NCBI GenBank assembly: GCA_965645245.1
Contig: OZ287083.1
Location: 620,001-684,000 of the forward strand
DNA: 64,000 nucleotides
Direction of reading: 5' to 3'
Origin: Massalongia carnosa
Taxonomy: Eukaryota
Positions 38,372-52,056 of the stretch are shown here, one piece after another (within the stretch, counting starts at the first letter, position 1; each line of letters starts with the position of its first letter). The translations under genes were made by a program, and so were the position numbers. A model generated the notes under the pieces. That model saw only the letters and a program-made list of their open reading frames with translations, searched no databases and was not told the DNA's origin.

Positions 38372-41263
38372 TCATTCTTGCACCTCGCTTTTGGATGGCC
38401 CGTTCATAATGTTGCGCGAAGGACTGGTGCGCCCACCAGATCCGCCCCCGCGCTTTTCGTCATCGTCGTCGTCGTCATAATCTTCGTTGACCTCCATCTT
38501 CCGCAATGCAGGCTCGTACACTTCTCGACGTTCGTCACGACTGTTCTCGACCATCGGTGGCAGGTGTTCATGCTGTGGCGGCGGCGGCGGAGGTTGTGGG
38601 TGCATCGAGGGCAGCGTGGAAGGATGGTGAGCTGCCTCGGATGGATGGTAGTTCTCGTCCGCCCGCCGTTGGTCTTCTAGTCGAGCTTCTGACGACCCTT
38701 GCCGACGTCTAGCTGGGGGGGAAGGCTGTCGTACGTGGGGAGGACTTGGCCGCCCGCGAGGAGATGCTTTTCTGTCCGGAGGAGATGCTCGTCGGTGATG
38801 ATGGTCTCCTAGCCTGCCTCGGCTCTCGCTATTTGCAGGAAGCTTATGCGCCATTTTGTAGTCATCGTCAGCCTCGTGCATGCGCTTAAACCCCGTAGGC
38901 GGACGATCTTCCCTTTCACGTGCAGCGGCAGCTTCAGCGGCCGCAAGTGCTGCGGTCGGCGGGGGCGCGCCGGCAGCAATTCCGCCTGGCTGCGCCGGGT
39001 TAGTTTGATGTTGAAAATGTGGATGAGAATAATTGGGACCCGGTGAAGGAGGCCTGTCCTCGGCGATCGGTCGAATCTCCGGCGGAGGACTGTTGCCGCG
39101 TCCGTACGGAGGCATCGGTCCCGGGGGTATATGGCCACCGTTTGGCGGAAGACTAACGCTAGAGCTTGGACCGCTATAGTTGGGGTTTGTGATACGGTTC
39201 GGGGCAGATGTTGGTGCCGCTGGCAAAGGTGGTTGAGGTAGGCCCTGGGGTCCAGTATATGAGCTTGGAGCGATGTGATTGAGAGGTGGCGGAGGTGTAG
39301 CACGTCTCACGGGAGTGTGCCTATGCTGCTCGCGATACTGCATCATCTGGTCCTGGCGTGGGCTAAGCTGGCGTGGGGGTGGGGGTGGCCTGAGCGCTTC
39401 GCGTTGATCGTACGGATTTGGGGGTTGGGGTTGGGGTTGAGGATGCTGAATCTCGGCCAGACGACGACCCCAATCCTGAGTCGACCCACTTGGAGTCGGA
39501 CCAGCTGCTTGAGGCGCTTGGGCAGGGCCCGGGGCTCCCCATTGAGGACCAGGAGGAGCTCCTACGCCAGCCGCTTGGTAAAGCTGGGGGTGCACATCTT
39601 GCGGCACTGGGGCGCTATGCTGATTGGACATGCCAGTAGATTGACCATTGTTACGCAATAGCTGCAGCCGGGCCTTGATGTGGACATTTGCAGGATCAAG
39701 GTCGGCTGCCCTTTGATAAGCGTCCAGCGCGTCTGCGGTTTGATTGTTACAGGATTCGTACTTTGATTCGTTAGCCGTCAACGCCCATGCATGAGCTTGC
39801 TGAAGGCAGACTTACAAGAGTGCCAAGATCATACCAGACCTCCGAGATATAGGGGTTCAGCCGAATCGCTCGGGAATATGCGTCAAGCGCGTCCCGGTAT
39901 TGATTGATCTGGTAATAAAGGACGCCAATCGAGCACCAAAACGTAGGGTTACGCCCGTCGCGGTAAACTGCTTGCTGATATGCCTCGTACGCTTTGGAAT
40001 ACTTCTGTTGAGACATGTAGCATCTCCCAAGTAAATACCAACTTTGTGCATCTTGGTTGTCTGCAAGCAAGTTAGTTTCAATGGCGAAGCTAGGATGCTG
40101 GGATAAGCTTACCTGAGCTGACAGACTTCTCCAAATATTCGATAGCCTGCTCTTGAATGCTGAAAGCTGGGCCTTGTTGATGATGCAGCCAGCCGAGCTG
40201 TTGCAACACCTTGGCGTGATTAGGATCTCGATCGAGCACTCGTCGGTAGGCAGCTTTCGCAGAGTCGTACTGTGGATCAAGATTAGCCGGAATGACGAAG
40301 AGTGAAACCTGGGAGCTTACGTCTTTCTGTTGCTCGTGCACATGCCCTATCTGAAACCATATATCTTCTTCGGTCAGCGGCCTCGGTGGGTTCGTTACGA
40401 TATATTTAAAGCACTACGAAAGTGTTAAGCATTTCCTTCAACAAAGCGAATTGCGAGTGTATACCTCGAGACTTTGATTGTACTTTTGCTGCTGTTTGTA
40501 AATGATCCCGAGACGAAAGTATATCTCATTTGCCTTTTCAAAATCGGGCTGCATACGCATAACTTGTGAAAATGCTTCCTCGGCGTGTTCGAGAGACCCA
40601 TAACGGTCGTATAAAATGCCTATACCATACCAAAGTTTAGGTTCCTACCGCCAGAGGCATTAGCAAGGGTTAGAGTTCTATCGAAGCGAAAATTACCTTG
40701 GGGTCTCGAAGATGATATAATGCTTGTTGATATGCTGCGTAAGCTTGTTGCAAATCTTCCATCATCAGATAGCAGTGTCCTAGAAAGTTTGATTAGGCGT
40801 GCTTGTTGAAGGTTGAACACTTGCATGCTCACCCAAACTTCCCCAAACCTCCCCGTTGGTGGCGTCCAGCTTCAATATGCCCTGCAAATATTCCACTGCT
40901 CTCGGGAAGTTCTCTTTAGTTCGGAGAATGCAAGAAATGGCATTCATAGCCTGAATTGACTGGAAGTTATGTCTTAACGCTTGCTCATAGGCATGAACCG
41001 CGCCATCTAGATCGCCCATCAGCTCGGTCGCGCTACCTATGCGCCCATTGATCAGCCATGCTCAAACAGTTTCGGAATCGATGATCATATATACCTATTC
41101 CCAACCACACGATTTCATTCAGCGAGGCCAAGTGCGCCGGGGTAATCTTATGGTGTGCTTGCACGGGAATATGGCCATTGACCTGGGGGTGGACCCCTTG
41201 AGGACCATGATGCAGGTGAAGCCCCCCACCAGGTGGAGATGGTTGGGGGTGATGGTTGGCCAT
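38372..41263 (-). CDS. SSN6: General transcriptional corepressor Ssn6/Cyc8 (TPR repeats plus Pro/Gln-rich tail), multi-exon
   Basis: [116 protein letters not shown]. Confidence 0.95.
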
Positions 41264-42700
41264 CAAGACCGAAAGGGAAAGACTTTAGCCTAAGCCTGGG
41301 GGATGGGTCAATTGTCGAACCCCAAGAGACTCAGAACGTCCTTGGCTCTCCGTCAGGTACACGGGAACAAGGCTTCACGGCTAAGCTTTACAAAAGGGTG
41401 GTTTTGTTGGGTGTTGAAATTTCACACGGGGTTATATTCACGGTGATGGATGGTTGAATATACGGGAGTGTTGTATTTCGGATGGTTCGGAGGGGGAGTG
41501 AAAGAGGATTTGCGACGAGCGAGCGAGCGAGCGACGAGAGGTAGGAAAGAACGATTATTTGGAGAGAACATTTAGGTTACGCTAGAGTTATGTCACCTAA
41601 TTTACCCACTAGTCTCGATTTAGGTAGCTCGATATCAGCAGAGATTCAAAATGGCGTTTTTAACTAGCGTTGACACTTAAAGGTGGTGGGAGAGTGCTGA
41701 TCTCGCATCGGGTAACATCACCTGTGTTTGTTCGCCTGCTTTTTGCCTTCTCCGCCCACACTACTCTGGACTCTGTGCCGACTAACGGTACTCCACAAGT
41801 AGACTATTGCATCGTATTTACCTGGGTATTCTTTTTGGGGAGTTAGGTCACTTTGCTTAGGTGTGGGAGTTTGTTGTGTTGATCTAGCTACAAAATGTGT
41901 TGTTGGATGGTATTGCTTCTGTTCGTTGGAATAGCGCATTGGTGGCCATCGTGTTCCATTCATCCATCCCACGATGACAGTAAATGCCTCTCGCAGCGTT
42001 TGCCGTTCGAGTACCTTTGATGATACGGGAGCCTCGTGCGGAGCGATGAGTTTTTCTCTGGGATGCCATTATTCCCGGGTAAAGAGGATGACACTAGGCA
42101 ATAAACACACGTAAGTGACGGAGTTCATCTGTAACCTACAGAACGCCGCGTTGTTCGTGGGCTTGAGATAGCCTCCGCTTCGTCCTGCACCACGGAGTCA
42201 GGGCGCATAAAGGTGGCCGTGGGCAGTTTACGCCCTTCGCTTACAGGAGCTCCTGTCATCATCGAAAGTAGACAAGTCGGTTCGGAGGACCCGCCGTAAA
42301 ACTGGAAATCCCCGACAAAACGTGCAAGGAGCCTCTTTCTCTGTATATAACCAGGCCTCCAAGGTTGTCCTCCATACGAGGGATTGGAAGGGTTTTCAGA
42401 ATCTCCGGCATATGCGACACATGCTTTTTTTGCTGCTTGCATCTGCCTGCGTGCAGCACGAGCGTTCTATTCTGCAAGCATGCAGCAAATCGTTGCACGT
42501 CACCTGCGTTTTCAGAATCAAAGTTGATGGATTAGGATGGCTGCACAGGTTTTTTGGGCTCTTGGGCTCTGGCACCTCCTTGATCACAGCTTGATTGAGT
42601 AGAATAAGGATCTGAAGGAAGAAATGGCTTTACGTACACTTCGATTTTGTTCCCGTGTACCCCATCCCTAATCCCGATTTGCAGTCATTCATCCAGCAAG

Positions 42701-42789
42701 CAGCCACTCAGCCACTCCGCCATTCAGCCATTCAGCCATTCAGCCATTCAGCCATTCAGCCATTCAGCCATTCAGCCATTCAGCCATTC
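42701..42789. repeat. 8-bp tandem repeat (CAGCCATT) x11
   Basis: Read directly; the first three units are variants. Confidence 0.95.
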
Positions 42790-44478
42790 TACCATCCTGT
42801 CACTTCATGATTCAATCCATTCAGTGGTTCATTGCTCGCCCTCCGACCTTCTGTGATTAACTACACGAATCGAGATGATGGCTAAACAGGACAACTAAAA
42901 GGTAGCCAAAGTATAACCATACCTGATGAGTCACCTCCTTACCTTGCGCCGTGACGCCTGGCCCCAAAAGCCACATCCACCCTGGCAAGGGTGGGTTCCC
43001 GGAGTGTGGCTTTTGGTGGGTGCGGGACACGACACTAAGGAAATATGGCGTCAAGTTTCCGTGGTTGGAAACTCTCCCTAACTAGGTCACGGGGAGCGAG
43101 AGATTGGAGATTTTCTGGAAACGAGCCGATTTCAAAAGACAACATCTTAATTTAACTTTAATTGTGACCGGGGAAAGCAAATCACATTCATGTGTCCGGT
43201 ATTAAATGCTGTACCTGTTTAGACCAATCTCCCCGAAACTCTTATCTAACGAACTTTGGAAGCCCTTATTCTCGGTGTTCGTCGTTTAACATTAACCTAT
43301 GTTTTGTTGATGATTGATGGTATTTGATAACATTTTTTGCCACTCAAGCCACCCGCTATTACTCTTACGTTTCTCTTTGTTTACGCTGCCTTCTTTTAAT
43401 GTGTTTGTACGAGTAATAGAACTTATGAAAAACACACAGAGAAAAGAACTGCGAATTGACCGAATGACCGAATCATTACTCGGGTCGTTAAATGGGAAAC
43501 TATATTTAGGGACTGAATTCATGCCTCCTTTGATTCATTTCCAGATACTCATTGTAATTTCACCATGGTGTATAAAGCGGTATAGATTGCTTGCTCTGGT
43601 ATCAAGAAGTGTTGGAGCAGGGTGTCGAGAGACCATAAAGACATGGAATACTAGCCAGCGGAGCTGTTTAATCCTCTATATCATGTGGATTTAACTTCTC
43701 GAAAGATGTCATGGATAAATCACAATCGTTCTTATTTCCAATATAGTGTCTCTCTGTCATCTATAAGGTTACATGCTTGTGTTTTTCCTACGTCAATTTG
43801 GAACCAGAGAAAATTTGGGTTAAATGACTTAACATGAATTATTGAACCAAGATTGAAAACAGATATGTCAAACTAATCAGACAGAGAAAGCCTTAAAAAA
43901 CTATTAAACTCACAACAGAACACTTAAAATCATTCAAATTATTCCCAGTAATAAGAGAATACGTGTAGGGAGACAAGGCATATGTGTAACTATTTTGTTC
44001 TGCTGAGCCATATCACAGGGTTGAAATCTACCCAAAGCTGATATAGTAGATGAAATCAAATAGAATTGGAGCACGGAGCCGAGAAATAATGCAATGTGAC
44101 TAACTAGGTTTATGGTTTACGCCTACAACTTTCAAAGGGTTATAAGGATTTATAAACTATTGCATTGTGGTCCATTGTCATTTCACCAGTGAGCTGGCCA
44201 GGAACTTGGAGATAATGCAAAATTCATGACAGATTGTGTATATATTTGATGTAGTCTTGATAGGATCAATATATATATTTACATCGTAAGTATCCATTGG
44301 CTGTCTCAGTATAGGAGGGCCGAAATCTGGAGTAGTTGGATACGATGCTCGTAAAAGCATAGGGATACCGATTCCAAGCTCTCAGTGTCCTTCATGAAGT
44401 GTCATAGTCGTCTTCCAATTTGAGAACGAACTTGTTTTTAGCGTCTTTGTTGTTGGCGAGAGGGGTATCTGCGGGCTC

Positions 44479-44720
44479 AACCTTCAGATTAGAAAGTTCC
44501 TCCACATGGGGTACTGATTGAACAGTTAAACAGTCACTAGAGGTTCAGTCAGTAGTGATGCCGTTATAGTGAAGATTGCAGTAGCGTAGTTAGGATGAGA
44601 AATACTTGAGGAATTAACCTTGGGATTGAGAGTTCTCCTCGGAGAAGGAATTGGTTGTACATTTAAATGATCCCTACAGATTTGGTCAATAAGGACGCCA
44701 GCATAGTGAAGACTGCATCA
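44479..44720. repeat. Degenerate 137-bp-period duplication in an ORF-poor AT-rich region
   Basis: AACCTT...GATT at 44479 and 44616; ATAGTGAAGAYTGCA at 44566 and 44703. Both pairs are 137 bp apart. Confidence 0.6.
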
Positions 44721-46088
44721 GCTTACATTGGATAATGTGTATCTACAGAGTCAGCTGGCAGCGTTGCGAGATCATTCCCACGAAGATCGTATTAGTTTGA
44801 TGCCTGAACTGAAAGGATAGCAAACACTTACTAAGACCTGTAACCCAAGTTTTAGACAGGAGGAAGATATGAGAACGGTCCATGTGTAGGTAAACTAGTT
44901 AGTGGATTCGGATTTCTTCACGCAAATCGAGACGTTGGAACCACGTAAAGTCCTCTATGTCTAAAGGATTAGGTCAGCTGGCATCGCTCATTCTTCAGAG
45001 GTCGATTGCTCCTACCATCCGCCTTGCTGGCTGGTTGACTGTGCCATTGAAAACCGAACATATAATATAAGACGAAAAAATACATAAAGTGAGAAGTGAA
45101 TAGCGAGTATGATAAGGATTTGGAAGATCTCTAGAGAGAATCCCGAGCAAACAAGTACAAGGCTCATAAAGGAAACCTCTGATCATAGTGGATGTTAGAT
45201 AACATAATCAAAGTATTTAGCTAAGGAGAAAGCTTCTATAGGAGATTCTCGAACGAGGAACTGAGGTTGAGAATGATAAGATGAATGTAAGAAGAAAGCT
45301 CCCAAAGGAGACTTTGGGATGACCGTTGGAAGTTTTGTCATCGAGACAGTATACAAGGGCTGCTCGGTATCGAAAACACAATTAAAAAGAAAAAGTGGAG
45401 ACTTTTCGAAACGAACTGGCCTCACGGCCGAATCGAACCATGGTATTCAGTATTTAGATTCCGAGAAAGAACAAAAAGCGTATAAGCTGTAGAGAAATCG
45501 GAACAAGTAGACTCAGAATCGATTGCTAGCTTGCTCTTGCAAATCACTTGCAGTCTCGTCTTTGTCAATGATAAGGTATTAAGAACTCAAACTCAAAGAA
45601 AGGGAGGCCTCTCGATACACAAGGCAAACAGAATAGACCTCAAAGTCAACTGGAGCCACAGTAACCTTGGTAGAAGGAGTATAGAAGCCGTGATTTGGAG
45701 ACAGGTTTGAGTGGGACAGCCATATGAGGTGAAGATGTAATATGACGATCGCATCTCAAACATTTCGATTGATCGTAATACGCCACTCTCGAACTGCGGA
45801 CAAAAGCTCCTTCCGGAACCCCGGTTGATTCTTAGGTTATACTTGTTAGGCTGAAAGAAGACATGGGCGAAACAAATGGAATCTTGCTATTCAGCCCTTT
45901 GAACACCTGTTCTTAGAATCCTGCTATCGCTACACTCATTCCTATGATTTATCTGCTAATAGTCATTTATTGACTGCTAGTATGGAGAGAAATAAAGCAA
46001 AATTTCTGATGGTTCATAGCTTGAAAGGTCGCCGAAGGGGTCAAAATCCCTCTGGCCTATGGGGGATGCTGATCGGTCTCGGCTAAAT

Positions 46089-46097
46089 TTAGGGCTA
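46089..46097 (+). promoter_or_regulatory. Tbf1-type ribosomal protein promoter motif TTAGGGCTA
   Basis: Exact TTAGGGCTA about 90 bp upstream of the RPL3 ATG; this motif is known from fungal ribosomal protein promoters. Confidence 0.6.
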
Positions 46098-46184
46098 TCT
46101 CAATAGTTGCGCACACGTTCATTTTTCTTATTTCGAAACTCAAGCTCGGCACGATTCTTTTAAATTTTAACGACAACAACCATC

Positions 46185-47467
46185 ATGTCTCATAGAAAAT
46201 TTGAAGCGCCACGCCATGGCTCGCTGGCATTTTTGCCGAGAAAGCGGGCAAGCCGTCACCGTGGCAAAGTCAAGTCATTCCCAAAGGATAATCCAAAGGA
46301 GCCTGTACACCTCACCGCTGCCATGGGCTACAAAGCTGGCATGACTACAATCGTCCGGGATCTCGACCGACCAGGTGCAAAAATGCACAAGAAAGAGATT
46401 GTGGAAGCTGTTACTGTCATCGAAACCCCACCTGTACATCTCCTATCTATATTGTTCCGTTTCCTTCGCTAATATTGCTTGGGTTAGATGCTCGTTGTTG
46501 GTCTAGTTGGATACATTGAAACTCCTCGCGGACTTCGATCCCTTACCACGGTCTGGGCGGAACATCTCAGTGACGACGTCAAGCGCCGTTTCTACAAGAA
46601 CTGGTACAAGTCAAAAAAGAAGGCATTCACCAAGTACGCCAAAAAGCACGCTGAGAACTCGGGCCAACCAATTACTCGTGAACTCGAGCGCATCAAGAAG
46701 TACTGCACTGTCGTCCGTGTTCTCGCTCATACTCAGATTCGCAAGACACCCCTGAAGCAAAAGAAGGCACATCTGATGGAAATCCAAATCAACGGTGGAA
46801 GCGTGCCAGAGAAGGTTGATTTTGGCCAGGGTCTTTTCGAGAAGCCAGTGGACATTGGCTCAATTTTCGAGAAAGACGAGATGGTTGATTGCATTGCAGT
46901 TACAAAAGGTCACGGATTCCAAGGCGTCACGAGCAGATGGGGGACGAAAAAATTGCCAAGAAAAACACACAAGGGTCTCCGCAAAGTGGCTTGTATCGGT
47001 GCGTGGCATCCTTCACACGTCCAATGGACTGTTGGGCGTGCCGGCCAGGATGGATATCACCACCGTACATCTGTCAACCACAAGATCTATCGTATTGGCA
47101 GTGGTATAGCGGAAGACAACGCCTCGACTGAATTTGATGTCTCGAAGAAACAAATTACGCCGTAAGTAGGCCGCTTGATCATGGTATTGCTATTGGCTAA
47201 CTGGTCTTCAGGCTGGGCGGATTTGTTCGATACGGAGATGTCAAGAACGATTTTGTCTTACTTAAAGGGTCAGTGCCGGGAGTTAAAAAGCGAATCATGA
47301 CTTTGCGTAAGTCGATGTTTACACATACGAGTCGCAAAGCGCTGGAAAAGGTGGATCTCAAATGGATCGATACGTCTTCGAAATTCGGCCATGGCGCCTA
47401 TCAAACAGCGGCAGAGAAACGGGCGTATTTGGGCACGTTGAAAAAGGACGTTTCCACAGCCACTTGA
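46185..47467 (+). CDS. RPL3: 60S ribosomal protein L3 (3 exons)
   Basis: [22 protein letters not shown]...; [34 protein letters not shown]. Confidence 0.99.
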
Positions 47468-47969
47468 TTTCTTTGGGTCCGACCCAGTGTGGGGGATCTA
47501 AATTCGTCATGTAGCTATGTTCATAAAAAAAGGACTAAGCCATGTACTCTGTCCTTTTTCTCTTACCCACCCGCGTCCTCCCTCACTCAGGGATGGAACT
47601 AGGCAAGGTATCACCGAAAGTGATTTACCTTAGTGATTTGTTTTACTTCATCAAATATGTACGGAGTACACTAAATTAAACCATGAGAACATGAGATTTT
47701 CCATCCCTCCTTCAACCTCTCGCGCTACTTGTAGGCTCACAGCCTCAAAGCGTAACGCTGGAATATCGGCGGCTTGGCCGAGATCTTCTGCAATACCCCG
47801 CACGAGCGATCACTGCGTCAGAACCCAAAGTAAGCCCCGATCGAATTGCGCTTATCTTCCAAGCTTGACTCAACTGCCCAACGAGTTCAACATACCTAAA
47901 GGTATTTCGCGACAGTATAGCCGCGACGCCCAGTCGGCCGAAAAGATCATCAGTTGGTCCAAAACTACC

Positions 47970-48502
47970 ATGTCGTCTGATGATGCATATGGCTCCTTCC
48001 TCGAGCAAGCCAACCAAAGCACAGGCGCAAGTAAGACACCCGAAAAACCGAGCTTTGCCTACATGAGGGTGGTAGACACAAATGTGCCAGGAACATTGCA
48101 GAACGTTGAGCAATACTACACTTCGGACGCGGACGAACCGTTTGAGCCCGTAAGCCTGAAATGGGTTGGAGAGGATGTACCTTCTGAAAGTACGAAGCGC
48201 TTTGTGTCGTCCTACTGCTTACATATTCAAGTCACCAATATGCTAATGAGATTCGGTATCATTCAGACGAATTCAAAGAGCTCATTGGTCATAACTCAGA
48301 AGTTTCAACTCTGACCGGTAAAGAGTTCGATCCTCAAGGACAGTACAAGGAAGTCCTCGAGGCGGTAGAAAAATCAACAGATGGCAAGTCTAGAATATAC
48401 CGGGTCGACCATGGAAGGACGAGAGCAGAGTATTACGTCGTTGGATTCGATCGAAAGGGACAGAGGATCATAGGTCTAAAGGCCAAAGCAGTTGAAACCT
48501 AG
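47970..48502 (+). CDS. Small conserved protein, NuiA (nuclease A inhibitor)-like (2 exons)
   Basis: MSSDDAYGSFLEQANQ...YYTSDADEPFEPVSLKW...FDPQGQY...RIYRV...AEYYVVG...IGLKAKAVET*. The SDxDxPF and terminal VET pattern resembles NuiA. Confidence 0.7.
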
Positions 48503-49769
48503 TCCCCTGCTCTTGCGCTGCTAAGCTTCATGGTGAACGTACTATTTATCGCACATTTAACGATGGCCACAACGATCACTTGCTCAATTCTGAGCTGAGC
48601 GGTGCACCCTACACACGACAAGGGAATAGTGTCAACCGCAATTCACAAACAGATGATAACGCGAAAACGAAAGCGCTTTTATGGATGAAATACTCCTGTA
48701 TTAGTCAGCTTCTCTTTGGCGTCTTAACGCTTTACCTCCTTATAGTCTAGTTACCGCGGTCTGTGGCGGAACATTTTAGGCAAGTGCCTTGCAGATGGTA
48801 GATATCCGAGAAATCCTGCAACCTAACGCTCCTATGCGTTGTATATTCCCGCAGCGTGCCTCCAAAAGTGAGGTACAGAGTATTCCGGTACGACTTTGAT
48901 TACGCCGTGTTGATTACTGCAAGGTCAAGGACTTTGGAGAGCACTGCTGATGAAATTTCCAAGTTCTGTTGTTCCAATCCACGAATCATGCCGTAGAAGT
49001 TAAGCTCAAGAACGGTCATGAAATCTACAGAGCACCTTGCCTTGCAATCCACTTGAATCTCTATATATAATTGGTGACTTTGGCATTTATTGGTGGCGGG
49101 CGATAGTCTAGCCTAGCGCGCCCTTTCCTAGCGCATCTCGAGATTTTCAACGTGCCTTTACATTTCCGGCCATGGGTTAGTCAGCAATAACATCCGCCAT
49201 TGGCTCTCTGTACACTCTATACTCGTACTACTCTACGTACTCCCTACTCCGTACCGTAATGAAATTCAATCTCGTCCCTGCCGAAGACCGAAGCAATCCA
49301 TGTGTTGATTCCTGTCACTCTTTCATGTCCAGCACAGCGTTGACTGTACAATCTATCAGCCTTCCCACTGGACAGCCTGGACTAGACATGATAGACGTAC
49401 CCGACCGTTGTTCTTCCACTCTCGTTCCTGGCGTCCGTGCTTCGTTAAATCCGGTACATTTACTTTTGCGGTAAAGGAGGTTTCTTGCATCCGGCCTCGC
49501 CTTCTCCATCTCGATCCTTTTGCCCAACACCAACGACTGTGTGCCTAATCAAGATAGTCTTTGAGAAAACTTGTTGTGTTGTTTGGATACCGTGGAGAAT
49601 CTCTCTTCTCAGGGAGGTGGGGCCAGAAGAGAAGGCTGGCTCTGAGCTCTTAGTCGCGCTCAACACCCGCTCGTTATTCTCCTTCACTTTTACATCAGCA
49701 GCCTGCAGATTTTATACCTTCCGCAAGCCTTCGCCTTTCAAAGTGCAACGGCGTCGCTCGTTTTCTGCA

Positions 49770-52056
49770 ATGACCAACAGTGAATCATCACCACCACCGA
49801 GGGATCCTCCGCATATCAGGCTTAACTCGGGCCAAGATAACATTATCATAACCGATGCTTCGAACAGCCGCCCAGCAGCGCCTACAAGACCCCAGTCGTT
49901 ACGATCACTAGTGCCTCAGCAAAGACCTCCGACTACAGGGTCGATACGAGTGAGGCCTCTGTTACCTGGCGTATACAGTAGCGGTCCAGCCGAGTCCGCG
50001 GAATTACTATTACCTCCCTCACGACAAAGAGCACGAAGATTTCGTGATGAAGACTCAGTACCCGGATCGCCAATTGACTCCTCACGAAGGACAAGTTGGA
50101 GCTCGGAGCAGAATCGAGACAGCAGACTATACGGCATGAACCCCTTTGAAGATTCAAGGACACCTTCAAGAGCTGGGAGCGATGATGATAATATTGTTAA
50201 TACACAGACGGTGTCCGAAAAATACAACATATTACCGTCTGCAGGACTTTTGTTATTCCCTGAAGATGTTGAAAAGGACGACTATTTGCATAATCCGGAT
50301 CCGAATGAGAAAGAGGGTAGAGAGTGCGACATTTTTACTAAAAGAGGTCTTGCCAATGTGGGGGGGTTAGGTTTGATAGTATTGGGACTTCTTGTGCTGT
50401 TTATTGGATATCCGATACTGTGAGCCCTCCAAACCCCCTGCTCTATGCTTATGCTGGTCAATGCACGCTGTTTCTGTGGGACTGATTCCTTTAATAGAAC
50501 GTTTGTTCAAAATTATACTACTCCCCCCGATCCTTGCAAATCAAGCCTGGACTGCATTAATGGAGGCAAACAACCACTTTTCAAGAATATACGAAGGGGG
50601 TTGATAGACCCAGATACACCGAAATCAGCGATGACCAAGAAAGGAGCTGATGGATCGAATCTGAAGCTAGTGGTTCGTCGGAAGCTGAAACATGACAAGT
50701 TCTAAGACTGATGTTTATACAGTTCTCGGACGAATTCAATACACCTGGGCGAACCTTTTATCCGGATGATGATCCTTATTTTACGGCTGTAGACTTATGG
50801 TACGGAGTCACCCAAGACCTAGAGGTAAGGCTGTCAATTGGTCATCCCCAATGGCAGCTGGAGCTAATCCTTCTCAGTGGTATGACCCTGATGCAGTAAC
50901 CACTAAAAACGGAGTCCTCGAACTTCGGTTCGATGCTTTTCAGAACCACAACCTAAACTACAGATCAGGAATGTTACAGTCATGGAACCAAATGTGCTTC
51001 AAAGGTGGTCTTCTTGAAGCATCCATTTCTCTACCTGGCCGAGGGGATGTAGTTGGGTTCTGGCCAGGTTTTTGGGCAATGGGCAATCTTGGAAGGCCAG
51101 GCTATGCAGCTACTACAGATGGTCTTTGGCCTTACAGCTACCATGATAAATGTGACGCGGGTATCACCGCAAATCAAAGCCAAACAGACGGTTTAAGCTA
51201 TTTGCCAGGCATGCGGCTGCCGTCATGCACCTGCGCTGGTGAAGATCATCCTACTCCAGGAAAATCACGCTCGGCCCCCGAAATCGATGTGATAGAAGCG
51301 AGTGTCGCCACCTTAGGGCCAACAGGCTCGACGAATATGAACGGTGTTGTTTCACAAAGTTGTCAACTTGCACCGTTTGACATTTGGTATCAGCCAAATA
51401 CTGGTAAGCCGGACATACATTTAAGTTGATCAACTCTCTTTTCACTAGGTGCTAATTTGGCTACAGACTTCATCGAGATGTATGATGACTCGATAACCCT
51501 TCTCAATTCTTATCAAGGTGGTGTCTACCAGCAAGCCTTATCAGGTTTGACCAACCTCAACAACGATTGGTACGATGGGAAACAATATCAAACATACAAT
51601 TTTGAATATACCCCTGGCGAAACTGGCAATATTGTCTGGTCGGTGGGTGAATCAGCAACCTGGACCCTCGACTCTCGAGCAATTGGACCAAATGGGAATG
51701 TGGGGCAAAGAGTTATTCCTACAGAACCCCTAGCCATGGTCATGAATTTTGGAATGTCAAACGGCTTTTCACCCGTCAACTTACCAGATCTCAATCCTCT
51801 TCTTCCGGCGACAATGCGGTTCGACTACGTTCGGATCTACCAGGATCCCAATTCCGTCAGTGTCACCTGTGATCCTCCTGGGTATGAGACAACGCCGTAC
51901 ATCAAAGATCACATCGCTGCATATACAAATCCAAACATCACCCGCTGGTATGTATAGCTAGCTCGGTAGCCTTTGGGGTTTTGCTAATGGACATGGATTA
52001 GGGAAAAAACTAAGTTCAAATGGCCAAAGAACTCCTTTGCCAATGACTGTAAATGA
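49770..52056 (+). CDS. KRE6: Beta-1,6-glucan synthesis-associated GH16 protein KRE6/SKN1 (multi-exon, type II membrane)
   Basis: EKDDYLHNPDP, a TM helix, LIDPDTP, FSDEFN, WYDPDAVT, YRSGMLQSWNQMCF, GFWPGFWAMGNLGRPGY, RSAPEIDVIEA, DYVRIYQ, WPKNS. Confidence 0.93.

Noticed and set aside
42701..42789. CRISPR-like array
   Set aside because: Simple 8-bp tandem repeat without spacers, in a eukaryotic context.
47691..47969. N-terminal extension of the NuiA-like ORF
   Set aside because: Recognisable sequence begins at ATG 47970. The upstream part could be a targeting peptide but cannot be supported.
49485..49769. Upstream extension of the KRE6 ORF
   Set aside because: Begins at a TTG; the first in-frame ATG is at 49770.
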